Assembly (NCBI GenBank): GCA_000708835.1
Contig: DF237064.1
Coordinates: 62,001 to 126,000 of the forward strand
Direction of reading: 5' to 3'
Length of the DNA: 64,000 nucleotides
From: Klebsormidium nitens
Taxonomy: Eukaryota > Plantae > Klebsormidiophyceae
In this document: piece after piece, positions 25,428 to 37,200 of the stretch
Layout of the letters: each line of letters opens with the position of its first letter
Numbering within the stretch: the stretch's first letter is position 1
Position numbers and translations under genes: made by a program
Notes under the pieces: generated by a model
The model's input: only the letters and a program-made list of their open reading frames with translations
What the model was told of the DNA's origin: nothing
The model's database searches: none

Positions 25428-28400
25428 CTATGACTTTACACTAGCGAGGCGGGCTTGAAGCGACTCCAGCTCTGCATCTTCGTCCTCCTCGCCCTCCGCA
25501 ACCGCTTGGGCCTGGACGAGAAAAGCGAAAGGCTGAAAACCGCCCGAAAATGCTGAATGCAAGATTGAGAGTCAGCGAATGCTCCGGGAGTGAACGTACG
25601 ATAGACAGTCTGATCAGAGTCGGGAGACAGCAGGAAAAACCCGAGTCAAAGAAGAAGGCAGGGAGTCATCGCTGCCTCGCCTTTTGAGCCGTCCGCTCGT
25701 TCGACGATCGGGTCGGCACTTCAAACGGTTCTACCTTCTCAATCGGGTTTATCTTGGAGCACAACAACCTGGCACGTGCACTAGCTGACCTACCCCTCCC
25801 CGGAAGAACCGCATATGCAACAAAAGGTCCTTAACTAGTTCCCTAACGCCAAAAACGCAGAAAGAAGTTGAATCCAGTGAGGCTTATTCACCAAGTGGAC
25901 CTAGTCCAGTCTCAATGGGAGACCTTTTCAAGCCTGAAAGGTACAACAGGCAAAGTCAAATCTCGCTCAACTTCCGCTACAGCTCGGCAACGGCTGTCTT
26001 TATTGGTAGCCTAATAAGCCTATGCACCCCTTGGTCAGGTATCAAGACAACCCGCTAAACATTTTCACCTCACCCGGTTTACAAGGCTGGCTTTCTTGGA
26101 AGCCACGATCTCAGGACGAAAGGCAACAGATGCCAGACAAGAAGGGTCTGAACGGGGCTATAGTTTTGACAGCGTCCTTGGCGCAAAGAACTGCAGACTC
26201 GAATCACCTCTCAACCCTCTGGGCGGCCCCCTTTGCTTACGTCCCAAGAGTAGGAGACTTTCTCGACGAGGACACTGTAATTCATCGGCAAAAACCGCCG
26301 TTGTTCGGACCACAAAAACTTCAGAAGGAAACGGTACGAGCCTCGTCTAAAATCTGAAAGCAATCGAACTTTCGCAGACGCCTGAATAAGCAGAATTGTA
26401 TCGCTCTATGCAGCCAGGAAGAAGGTCCGTACCGGCTGCTCCTGTGCGGCGGCGGGCTGCTTCTCTTTCTTTGGTCGCAATCCCGCGGCCGGCAGTTGAC
26501 TCGTGTACTCGCCAGCAACTTCGTCGAGCACCTGTCGGCAAAATACAAGTTGCTTTCTGCATCAACCCAAAAGGCTCCAAGTCTCCATTGATTTCCGGAT
26601 AGAGTACACGCTTCTTCGCTCATTCCTCGACTGAGTACCAACCGTCCCGGAACTTGAACATCTGATGATGTAAGGCCTTGTCGTTGGTTCTGAAAGTCAA
26701 AGACCAGGAACGAGTTCTCAAGCTTCAGGCGATGAAACGTTAGCAACCCTGCAATGCCATGGCTGGAATAAAGATACGAGGGGCCTCCGTCAATGGCGAT
26801 TTGCTGAAGGACAGCGCAATGCATGACAGTAACGCCAATCTGCTCTGCCCTGACATTGCCTTCAGGAAAAGGGTGGCTTTTCGCCTCTATTTATTACGCT
26901 CGCCTTGACTATTACGAACCAACCAAAAGGTGCAGGGTTTCGGGCTCAGTCTCTATTTCCAAGCAGAAAGGTTTTTGTCCCCGCTAACGGGCGAGGCTTC
27001 CAAAAGGGCATTGTGGTGTTTTCGTGGCCAGTCTGCTCGCAATTCTGAAAGCGAGTTCCCGGTGATCGATGTCAGAGGCTTGGAGTAGATGCAACAAAAG
27101 TCGCGATGAAAGTAGACACGACGAAAGGCGCCAATAAAAGAGATGGGATAAAAAGGCGGCTCACCTTGTTCAACTCTTCCTCCGTCTCGGCCTCCGTCTC
27201 CTCGTCGTCCAATACGTCATCCAACGTGTCGCTGACCATCTCCTCGATGACGCCAGCCTGCAGGGATGACGTCAGCAAGGCGTAAGCGGATCGCGCAGGG
27301 CCCGGTCATCAACCGAAATTACTGCTCAAGGAAGAGACTGCTCATGGAGCGTACCGCGACTGTTTGATAGCATGGTCACATCTGAGCCTTGGAATATACT
27401 CGGTAGTTGCCCTCTTCAATTCTACGGTACCAAGACTGCCTTCCCGAACACATCTGCCATGAAAATTCGGTACTGACAGGAACACTCTTCATTTTCGACG
27501 ATATCCGGGTAACAAACTGCCAGCAGTCCACGTACGCAGCCGACGAGAAGCTCTAGCTACCAAAACCTCTTGCGAAGTATCAGAGAAAAGGGTCCGGCGG
27601 ATTTCTCGGTATCTCGAAGGTTCGGTCCCAGGAAAGCCCACAATGTCACCGTCGCGACTCCAAATTGAGTAGATGTGACCATGCTTTGAGAGACGCCTCG
27701 ACGAGGAACAGACGACAGGATGCAGGATAAAGGTTGTCCTGTGAACGACGCAAGGGGTCTGGAGATGAACCCAAACCGTCCACAAAACAGGTGGAAGAGC
27801 AAACACAAAGTATAATCGGAAAAAGTGATGCCAGAAGAGAACACTATGAACCGACAACCATTATCTATTGACGAGAAGAGCAAGACAAAAAGCTTCACGC
27901 CGTGAGCAAGTAAATACGAAGATCAAAAACCAATTCGTTTCCGCACACTTCCACTACTTCTTCTGGAAGGGACTCGCTGATCCTCGAGGGGTCAGCCAAC
28001 GGACGGCCTTCCGAAGGAGAAACGGAGCGACAAAGGAAAACGTGAATGCAAACAGGAGACGAGCATCATCTCCTTGGACAGATCCGTCATATTTCACTAG
28101 ATTTCGGGCACCGTCGTAAGCCCATTTACGAGCGTCACGGCTCTAAGATAAAGGAAGGAGAAACCAAAAGATCTGAATGATGCCGAAGAAGGCTGAACGA
28201 GAGAACGTTACAGACTTACCTTCATCATCTCCTTGGAAAGCTCCATCATGTTCTGCTGGATTTCGGGCACCTTCAGATTCAGAGGCCGTTCACAAGCTTC
28301 TTGACTTCATGAAACCAAACGGAGAGAGGAAAAGAGAGGAGAATGTGGAAAGCGACCTGATGAGAGAATTCCAAAATCAGACCGAAGCACCGACTCACCT

Positions 28401-30046
28401 TCGTCATCTCCTTGGAGAGGTCCATCATGTCCTGTTGAATCTTGGGCACCTTCAGAGGCCGTTCACGAGCTTCTTGTCTCCATAATCGAAAGGAGGGAAC
28501 GAAAGAGGTGAGAGTAAGAGGAAGAGACCTAATAAGGAACTTCCAACACCAGATTGGAACACTGACTCACCTTCATCATCTCCTTGGACAGGTCCATCAT
28601 GTTCTGCTGGATCTCGGGCACCTTCATGAGGTTGTTCACAAGCTTCATGACCTCCGTCGACTTCTGCAGGTGCCCCACCGCGCGCACTGTCGCAAAGCTC
28701 TCTCCCAGGTGCATGCTCACGCTGTTGAGCTGCGCCTTGTTGTTGTACAGCTTTGTGACTACCCGCCGCGACTGCACGATCTCCCGCGCAAGACTCTGCA
28801 ATCGAAAGAAAGATCCAAATAAGGAGATTTGATATTCTGAGGCGACGAGAATCCAGGCAGGAGTTCGTCACACCCTGCGTTGACCGCAGGATCTTCAGTG
28901 TGGATTCTAGCGAGGGCGAGAGGCCATAACTTCTTCATCAGCATATCAAAGGAAGCTGAGCAAAACCGAGCAGACCAATTGGAAACCATTCAGCTGTGCC
29001 TTGATTTGTACCATTCGCCAAGACCTGGCGTGGCTGGGAGATCCCTGCATCAGGTCTCTGCTCCACAATGCCTCCTGTCAGCATTTTGTGTACAGAGGGA
29101 TTCACCAACTTCTATGATTTTCCTTCCACTCGTTGGTCACCGACTGAGCATCCTTCTACGGTGGCACTGGTCAAATGCAGCACAACCACTCAATCCCACA
29201 TACTAGACTCTCCATATCGGGCAGGGCCTAAAAGTATGCCCAACTTTTGCAGAAACCAGATGGAAAAAAAGCAGCTCTTAAGCAATCCACGTGTCGACCT
29301 GCAGGATGATTATCTGCCCATAAGGTTTGAGCTTCCTTGGAGAGGGTCTCAGTCAAAGGTCGGACTTCCTTCCGAAGGTCTGATCTGCAGGCGGCTTCTT
29401 CCCCCCGCTTTGTTTCCTTCTGGGACCGCGTCCTTTCTTCTTCTCCATAAAAATGTGGTGGACGCGAGGACTCAGTGGACTCACAACGTGATGCAATAGA
29501 TTGAGTAGTGGACAGCATGCTTCCTGTCAACAGGGAGGTCGGAAAGCCAACTCCAGACGCAGACAACTTGCCTTTGCTGATGTCATGTCATTTCGCTTTG
29601 CGGCTTCCCTTATGGACTTCTGCACGTTCTTCTCCTCCCTTTGAATCTCTGCAAGGTGGGGGATCGGTGTTTAGCCACCAGATAATCACTCTTAGGAAAG
29701 GGACCGCCCAAACTCTGTGCGCTTCTGTACGCTATACTGGTCTACGGTGCGAGCTTCCAATCACTAGCAGACGCTCCCCCAAACTATGAACTGCACAAAC
29801 GCACTCGAGCTCTGATTTGCTTCCTCAAGATTCCTCCGCTCTGTTCCAGGTCCTTCTTCTCCGCCCAGCAGTGGCAACCCCCCGTCAAAACCCTAAAATT
29901 TCAAACCCTAAAGCCCCAGAATCTCCAGACTCACCTCTGATCTGCCGGTCCAGGCTCCGCTGCTCGGACCGTAGCCGGGACTGCCACTCTCGGACCTGCT
30001 CCTTTGGCGTCTTCTTTTTCTGGAACATGCCTGTGATCTTCTCCAT
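25428..30046 (-). CDS. VPS24: ESCRT-III subunit VPS24/CHMP3 (Snf7 family); 6 exons (30046-29935, 29648-29572, 28795-28571, 27257-27165, 26531-26433, 25511-25428), about 229 aa
   Basis: Spliced protein MEKITGMFQKKKTPKEQVREWQSRLRSEQRSLDRQIREIQREEKNVQKSIREAAKRNDMTSAKSLAREIVQSRR...KAGVIEEMVSDTLD...ELESLQARLASVKS. All phases are consistent. Intron 2 has a GC donor (AAG|gcaagt). Confidence 0.93.
28060..28482 (-). repeat. Three decayed tandem copies of the VPS24 exon 3 end plus donor inside intron 3
   Basis: Exon-like blocks at about 28399-28482, 28220-28312 and 28064-28114 match AAGGTGCCCGAGATCCAGCAGAACATGATGGACCTGTCCAAGGAGATGATGAAG|gtgagt. The period is about 170-180 bp. Confidence 0.9.
29888..29912 (+). 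promoter_or_regulatory. Paired telo-box-like motifs (AAACCCTAA) in VPS24 intron 1
   Basis: aaaccctaaaatttcaaaccctaaa. A regulatory function is inferred only from the known plant telo-box motif. Confidence 0.4.
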
Positions 30047-31296
30047 TGCGGCTGAAAATGATTGCCGCGTAACAGGGGGTGTTGCCAGAGAGTTGGACTA
30101 TAAGTTTAAGCTAACAGGAAATGAAGCGGTTGGGCAGATGAGCAGCTAACTCAAGAAGTAGGGGATTGCGATGGACAACTTACTACTTCATAAACTGCTG
30201 TCTTGCCAGCAACCTGATGAAGAGCAAAACTTGTGTAACATGTGGTTATCTACATTGTGTTCCTTCCTTTGAGCACTGAACTAGCATAAGCATTATAAGT
30301 TTGGAACGTACTGCCACGGCCCTCTACAGTCTGGTACAAATATACTCAGAGCCCTTTTACAAAATGAATGCAGAGAATCTTCTAAAAAGCTTGTCTTCCA
30401 GCCAAGCAATGCAGAAACGCGGACTCAGAGCGTTTGCACCCGCACTGTTCTGACATTCAATTCTATCTTCTGCTATACACCTGTAGCTTTGAAAGTAGCT
30501 CACTTATTTAAGCAGTGCAACCGTCAGCCCTCTTTGACTGCTCAGCTAGAACCCCAATTTCTCTTTATGTTACCATGGGTCTGCGCTCTCTTGGATATAG
30601 GGTAGTCTGCCAGCTGTCAAACGATAGCCGTTCACTGCATAGTTCGCCAAGGACTGAGATGGTCTAATGGAATGTAGGGCAGAAGGAGCCCGTCTTTTAC
30701 CTGAACAACAAGAACCTCGTGTAGCAAGGAGGGGTCAAAGCGTTGGGGATTCAAGAAAGGGTGCGCTTCCCCAGAACTGTGGACAGCATTTGGTCCTCGA
30801 ACTTCAACTTCAAGTCCAGGACCGCAGCTGTGCACAGCAATGCCAGCATGCATGAGAAGCGCAAGATTTGAACAGCAAGAAACTTGCCGGGGAGCAGATG
30901 GATGTCACCGGGGGGGCTGGTGCTGAGCAGGCAAACCCGTTTGAACCGGCAGTACCGGCGGCAAACAAGGTAGGGCGGCAGTAAGGAGGGCGCAAATAAC
31001 GTTGAATTGAACGTTTCCCGGCTTTCTGACTCGAAGAAAGCTCGCCCCCGGGGCGAAACCAACCGAGGGCAAAAATCGAAGGCAAAAAGTCAGCCTTTCA
31101 AGTATTAACTGAACAGAATTTCTCGTTTGACCTCTCTTGAAGTTGAATCTAAGATTTTCAAGGGCTGAGAAAGAACGGGCGCTGACTCTGATGCCAGTGA
31201 TGCGACGAGCTGTCAATGTGGGTTCCTGACATCAGGGACAAACCTCTCAACACAAGCATTTGAAGGTACACTTCAAACTGCTGTCCATCGGCACCA

Positions 31297-34200
31297 ATGG
31301 GCTCCCCTCTGACAACCTCTGCTGCAACCAATCAGGCAATGACATCACCAGCCAGTCTGTGGCGAGCTGGCGCCGTCGCCGGCAGTCTCAGCCGACGCGT
31401 GGCTCGCTCAGTGCAACCTAATTTTGCCTTCTTCAACGCTCTTACAGCGATGCAAACAAGCCCAGTCAGCAGCCACTCCGGGAGCGGTTTGGCTTCGGGG
31501 GAGGCCGGGTTCCTCAAGGGAGGAGCGGTTAGTGGAGGGTCGAAAGATGGGGGTGTGGGTGTGGTAATGGTTCCTGGGGCGAGGAGAAATGTGGTGACCA
31601 ATGTGGTTAGGGACGGGGTTACGGGGGGTGCGGAGAAGGTTGGGAAGCAGTTTGAGTGGGACGCAGAGGAGTTGCGGCGGATCCATGAGGAAAAGGAACG
31701 CTGGCTGAGGGAAAGGGAAGACAGGTGAGCGCTTGATTGTTCTTATGTGGTTTCGTGAAAACATGTCATTTGTACACTTTTCAACTTTCAAAGTACAGCT
31801 CAAACATCCATCGCAGCCATGGTGCTGTTCCTTTGTAACTTCTGGTTTTAGTCGGAAGTTTGTTGCTGTTCACTTGATGGGAGGGTGGTGCAAAGTAAGA
31901 ACTGGAAAAAGTCAAGAAGCTGGTTTGCGACTGGCCATGCCCTTCTGTTTACGTAGAGCTTTACAGTTTCCATCACTTATGCAGCAATCTAGTCGTGTTG
32001 CTGCAAGTGTCCGTGCCAAACCCTAATCTGCTGTTCAGTGCACGTATTTCTGACTTGTGAACCCCAGCAAACTCGTCAACTGTCATTCGAATCCACAGAT
32101 GGGAGCAAGTGGAACAGCAAGAAAAGCGGGGCGCCCGCGATGCTGCCGAGGAGGACAACGGCGTCATGTGGCCCAAGATCTCATCTGAGAAGCCCCGACC
32201 AGCACAGAAACCCCGGGCAGCCACCTCAACAAAATCTCCAAACCCTAAAACGGCACCCCAGTCAGCAGAACTAGACTGGACCGGCAAAACCTGGGGAAAA
32301 GCGGTAACGGAAGACGGCGGCGCAAGAAGGGACGATCAAAGGGGTCCACGGAGAAGCGGGGCATCGAACGCTGGGGCTCCTAGGGGGGCTTTCGCAAGCG
32401 AGGGGTTCGAGACACGAGTGCCGAACACTGTCCGGCCCGCCCCCTGGGAGAGAGCGGGGCGACCTGCCGCTGTCGATGGGGGTGGTGATGCTAGCAGGGA
32501 TCGTGCAAGAGCAGCTAATGTCAGCAGGGAGCGGCGGCAGGGAGAAGCGGGTGGTGCTTTTGCAATGCCGAGGAGGAAACTGTCGTATGAGAGAGAGGGG
32601 GCGGGGGATGGGGTGCCGGCGAAGGAGTTGCCCGGCACTTCAAATGCGAACGTGCTCTTGGGGAGGAGCCTAGAGGAGCTGACAGCGTTTGCCGTGGAGC
32701 AGGGGGAGGTGAGGCAAACCCTCGGAACACCTTGCTCCCATGCACTCCTTTATGTTTTTTTGAGGAACAGCTTTGTTGTTCAAGAAGTTTTCTGTCAAGG
32801 TAGGCACAGTATTTTTGCATGAGCAACTGTTTGCGGCAAAGTTTGACTTGGCAGGCTGGGGCTCGCAAGCCCGCAGATTGCTGGTGTCAAGGCCGTCTTG
32901 TTTATATGATGGCAGCTTCACTGAGCTCGAAAAGTCCGCCTTCAGCAGTTGCACTATGGAAGACCAAGACTGGTCATGCAGTTCTCAGCATTGTAGCATT
33001 CTGTGGTGGCCCTTGTCCCCTGGTAAGGTCAAATTTCGTTTTCGTGGCGCCCTTACCTTTATGTTATTAGTCGGTGGAAGCCTTGCGCTAGTGGGAAGCA
33101 GTCGTCTTAACCCTTCAGCAATCTGAAATGGCCGCAGTCAAGCCTTTTGTGGACAACTTCCTTCCTTGACAACCTTCTTACCACTGCAGCCAAAGTTTCG
33201 TGGCCAGCAGCTGCACGACGCCCTGTACAAGCAGAAGGTGCAGGACTGGTCGCAAATCACAGGACGTAAGTGCCTCGTTTTTTTGAGGATTTCAGGATTT
33301 TAGATGTGTATGGTTGACCGTATATGATTCAAAAGGGGGAGTTGGCTGCACCCCNNNNNNNNNNNNNNNNNNNNNNNNNNNNNNNNNNNNNNNNNNNNNN
33401 NNNNNNNNNNNNNNNNNNNNNNNNNNNNNNNNNNNNNNNNNNNNNNNNNNNNNNNNNNNNNNNNNNNNNNNNNNNNNNNNNNNNNNNNNNNNNNNNNNNN
33501 NNNNNNNNNNNNNNNNNNNNNNNNNNNNNNNNNNNNNNNNNNNNNNNNNNNNNNNNNNNNNNNNNNNNNNNNNNNNNNNNNNNNNNNNNNNNNNNNNNNN
33601 NNNNNNNNNNNNNNNNNNNNNNNNNNNNNNNNNNNNNNNNNNNNNNNNNNNNNNNNNNNNNNNNNNNNNNNNNNNNNNNNNNNNNNNNNNNNNNNNNNNN
33701 NNNNNNNNNNNNNNNNNNNNNNNNNNNNNNNNNNNNNNNNNNNNNNNNNNNNNNNNNNNNNNNNNNNNNNNNNNNNNNNNNNNNNNNNNNNNNNNNNNNN
33801 NNNNNNNNNNNNNNNNNNNNNNNNNNNNNNNNNNNNNNNNNNNNNNNNNNNNNNNNNNNNNNNNNNNNNNNNNNNNNNNNNNNNNNNNNNNNNNNNNNNN
33901 NNNNNNNNNNNNNNNNNNNNNNNATGATTCAAAAGGGGGAGTTGGCTGCACCCCAGGGTTTCTAAGGGCGATTGGGCTCCTTGAGTGGACAGCTTCAGCA
34001 ATAAGCCTGAGCATGATCGAAGTCAAGGGGACAGTCCCAGTCATAGTTGTTTGTCTCGTTCTTTGATTGGCCAATGAGAGTAGTGTAAGGTGCTGAGCTA
34101 TCTATATCGCCTTCTTTGTAATCTTTGAAAGATGGTGAGAATCCGGTTTGCTGTGTTGCGAGTCTGGCTGCGCCACCAGGACCTGGCGAGTCACGAAAGC

Positions 34201-37200
34201 GAAAGGCACGTGTTGTTTCTTGATGCAGTGCCGAAGGCCTGGAGAGAGAAGCTGAGCTCCGCAGGATTTGAGATCGGAAGGGCGCCTGTCCACACTTCCG
34301 TTCAAGCGAAGGACGGCACTGCAAAGGTGAATACATTTCCCATTCGGTGGCAGGCGTTTTGTTGCAAATTCTTCTTGGTTTTCCTTTGTGTAGGTGATGT
34401 CCAGACGAGTTTGAGGGCTTTGCTGACATTCGTTGCTCGTGAATGGACAATGTGCGTTCCAGAGCCTGAAGATGGATTGAATGGACTCTCATTGACCAAG
34501 ACAAGCTTTTTCCTCTACGATCACCGGAGTTGTTGACTGCGGTCGAAGTTCTCGCCGTGGGCTTGAGGAAACATTAGTCAGTAGGCGTGATCAGTCTGCC
34601 TGACATCACAACGCTTTCGATAGAGCATCTGAGGAACCCATGCATACTGGAGGGCGTTTCGTGAATCACGGAAGCATGACTTGCGGTGGCTGTCTTTCGA
34701 GAGTGCGCCATTCAAAGCATCAGCTCGTCATTTGTTGACGTTCCCTGCTGGTGTATGCAGCTTCTGTTGCGGTTGCACGACGGGCGGTTGGTCGAAACGG
34801 TGGGCATTCCGGGCGACTCGCTCGGGAAGGAGGACGCTTCTGGGGATGGCGCAAAGAAGCTGCAGAAGGGGCATCTTACAGCGTGCATCTCATCACAGGT
34901 GCGGCCGGTTGAACACACGTTGATGTTCTCGAGTGGACGACATATGATGTAACCATGTAACTATGATGTAACTATGAAGTGTCAATCAGGTGGCGATGTT
35001 TCCGGCCGAGCTTTGACAGTCGTCCGCACAGTCCGGCCTGATGCTACGCTTTTGCCGAGGATTGCAAGGTCTCACAGGACTGTGACGCCAACTTTAAAAA
35101 GGTTTCAGAGGATCCTGATATTGAAGTTCGCAGAGAGCGTATTCTTTTCTCGATCTTTCGGATTGAATCTTCAAGTTCGTACCAGTGGCTGCCCGCTCGT
35201 TGTTTTCAAATGTACCACGGCTGCATCGTCAGAGTTGAATCCGTAGCTGAAAGCCCTTCTGTGGCTCTGCGCCTTCGAGTGCTTTTCCGTGGTTTCACAA
35301 GAGCAAGTCACTCCGACACAAGGCAAATGCCCTTTGCGCTTTGAGAATCTCAACGAATCCATACTGGCCACGTTCGCTTGAACTACACGTCGCTTGAAGT
35401 AAGATCCGAGTCCCCCGGGCACACAAACTCAAAACCCTAACCCAAATATTTACTCGCTCCGTACCCAAACCCACCCTAATCACCAAACGAATGCCATTCG
35501 TCTCCCGGGCGCCTATCTTAGTCCAAGCGCCCGTTAGTTCAAGCGAACGTTGCCAGACTAACAGACCCCGCTGTCCCGGGTCAGGTGGGCTGCGCGCTGC
35601 GGTGCGCTTTTTGCGCGACCGGCAAGGGCGGCTTCTCGCGCCACCTGGCGGCGCACGAGATTGTGGACCAGGTTCTGGCGATAGAGCAGTTCTTTGGGGA
35701 GCGTGTCAGCAACATCGTGTTCATGGGCATGGGGGAGCCGATGCTCAACCTCAAAAACGTGCTGCCCGCCTTTCGATGCATAAACAAGGTAAGACTGTGG
35801 TTCCTGGACTCTCTAGAAGTAGATTGTCTTCCTTTACGTCGTCACTCGTCTATCTTTTCGTTCTTTGAATTTGTTGACTACATTTCCCGATTAGCCGCAA
35901 AAAGCCCCGGCTGTCAAAGTTATACCTGTCCAAGTGACGTATCCTGGAAGTGCATGCCGGACTTCCCTTGACAAGTCGTGCAGCATCCAGCAAGATGAAA
36001 CCGCTCCGATCGGACATACCGTAATAGGTATTGCCATTCGCCAGTCTGTGATTTTCCGCGGTTATTCAAAGTTTGACCAAGCTCCAGAAATGCATTTGTA
36101 TGATGGCTTTTGCTGTCCGCTACTTTGTGTTCGATCGACCTTTCTGGGAGAAGAGCGGACTCGTCAAAACGGAATGAACTGTTGGTAGACTTTCTTAGGG
36201 CCTGTCAATTTAGATGGCCTTTTTTGGCCTACGTACTGTCGAACAACTCAGCCCCAGATTTCCCCGAACCAAGCCTTCACTTGCGTAGCGCTCCTCCTCG
36301 AGTATCATCCGTTTGGTCGCTAATTTCCAGATCGACTGGACTATATTTCGAACGCTTTGCTCGCAGGACGTCGGCATCGGGCAGCGCAGCATCACCATCT
36401 CGACTGTGGGCGTCCCCAACTCGATCTCCATGCTCGCGGAATACAAGCTGCAAGCCACGCTGGCTGTCAGGTGAGGCATCGTCTTTGTGCATCCCAGGTC
36501 CCTCTAGAAAACGGGGTGGTCCCTTTAAAGAATCGCCCCGTCGTTCCTGAAGGAGCTTATCACAGCTTCACTCTCTGAACCCCTCACCTCCTTGCACACC
36601 TCCAATCAGCGGCTCTATTTGCAGACCTTCTAGAGACTTCCTTCCATCCATTCCCTCACTCTTGCTGTACATGGGTCATGCCCCTTCTTTCTTTCTCGCC
36701 CCCCTGATTCCAGCTGGCACGCCTCCCATCAGTAGCTTCTTCTGCAGGTCCTTAGAAGAGCTTGTTCCGCCTATCTTTAAACTCTTACCTTGCACAATTC
36801 CGTGCCCTTTTTAATCGCCTCTCCTTCCTTCTCCAATTCTGAATTCGCACGCCCATCAGAGGTTCCATCTCGAAATGCTGAAAAATTCCTGCTTCGTATC
36901 CCTCTGATCCTTGCTCTGCATGTGCCGTGCCCGTCTCAATTTGCCTTGCCCACCATTTCCGGCTTGCACGTCCTCACCAGCGGCCTCACTTGTACGCCTC
37001 CAGGAGAACATTCATCCCCTCACGGTTGCCATACATGGGCCGTGTTCTTTTCTGAATGCCTCCCCACTTCCTTACCTTTCCAAGTCGCTCAAAAACCTGC
37101 TTTACATGGGCCGTGCCTTTCCCGCAACTGTCTTCCACTTTGCACGCGCCCAACCAGCGGGTGCGCGAGCAGACAACCTCAAAAGTTTTTCGTCACGCGT

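Noticed and set aside
26321-26824. 167-aa minus-strand ORF as a separate gene
   Set aside because: It spans VPS24 intron 4 and exon 5 in a non-coding frame and has no motif.
33324-33954. 31-bp direct repeat flanking the first N gap, as a possible LTR or insertion
   Set aside because: The repeats abut the gap exactly, which is typical of overlapping contig ends. RlmN exons join in phase across the gap, so it is most likely an artefact.
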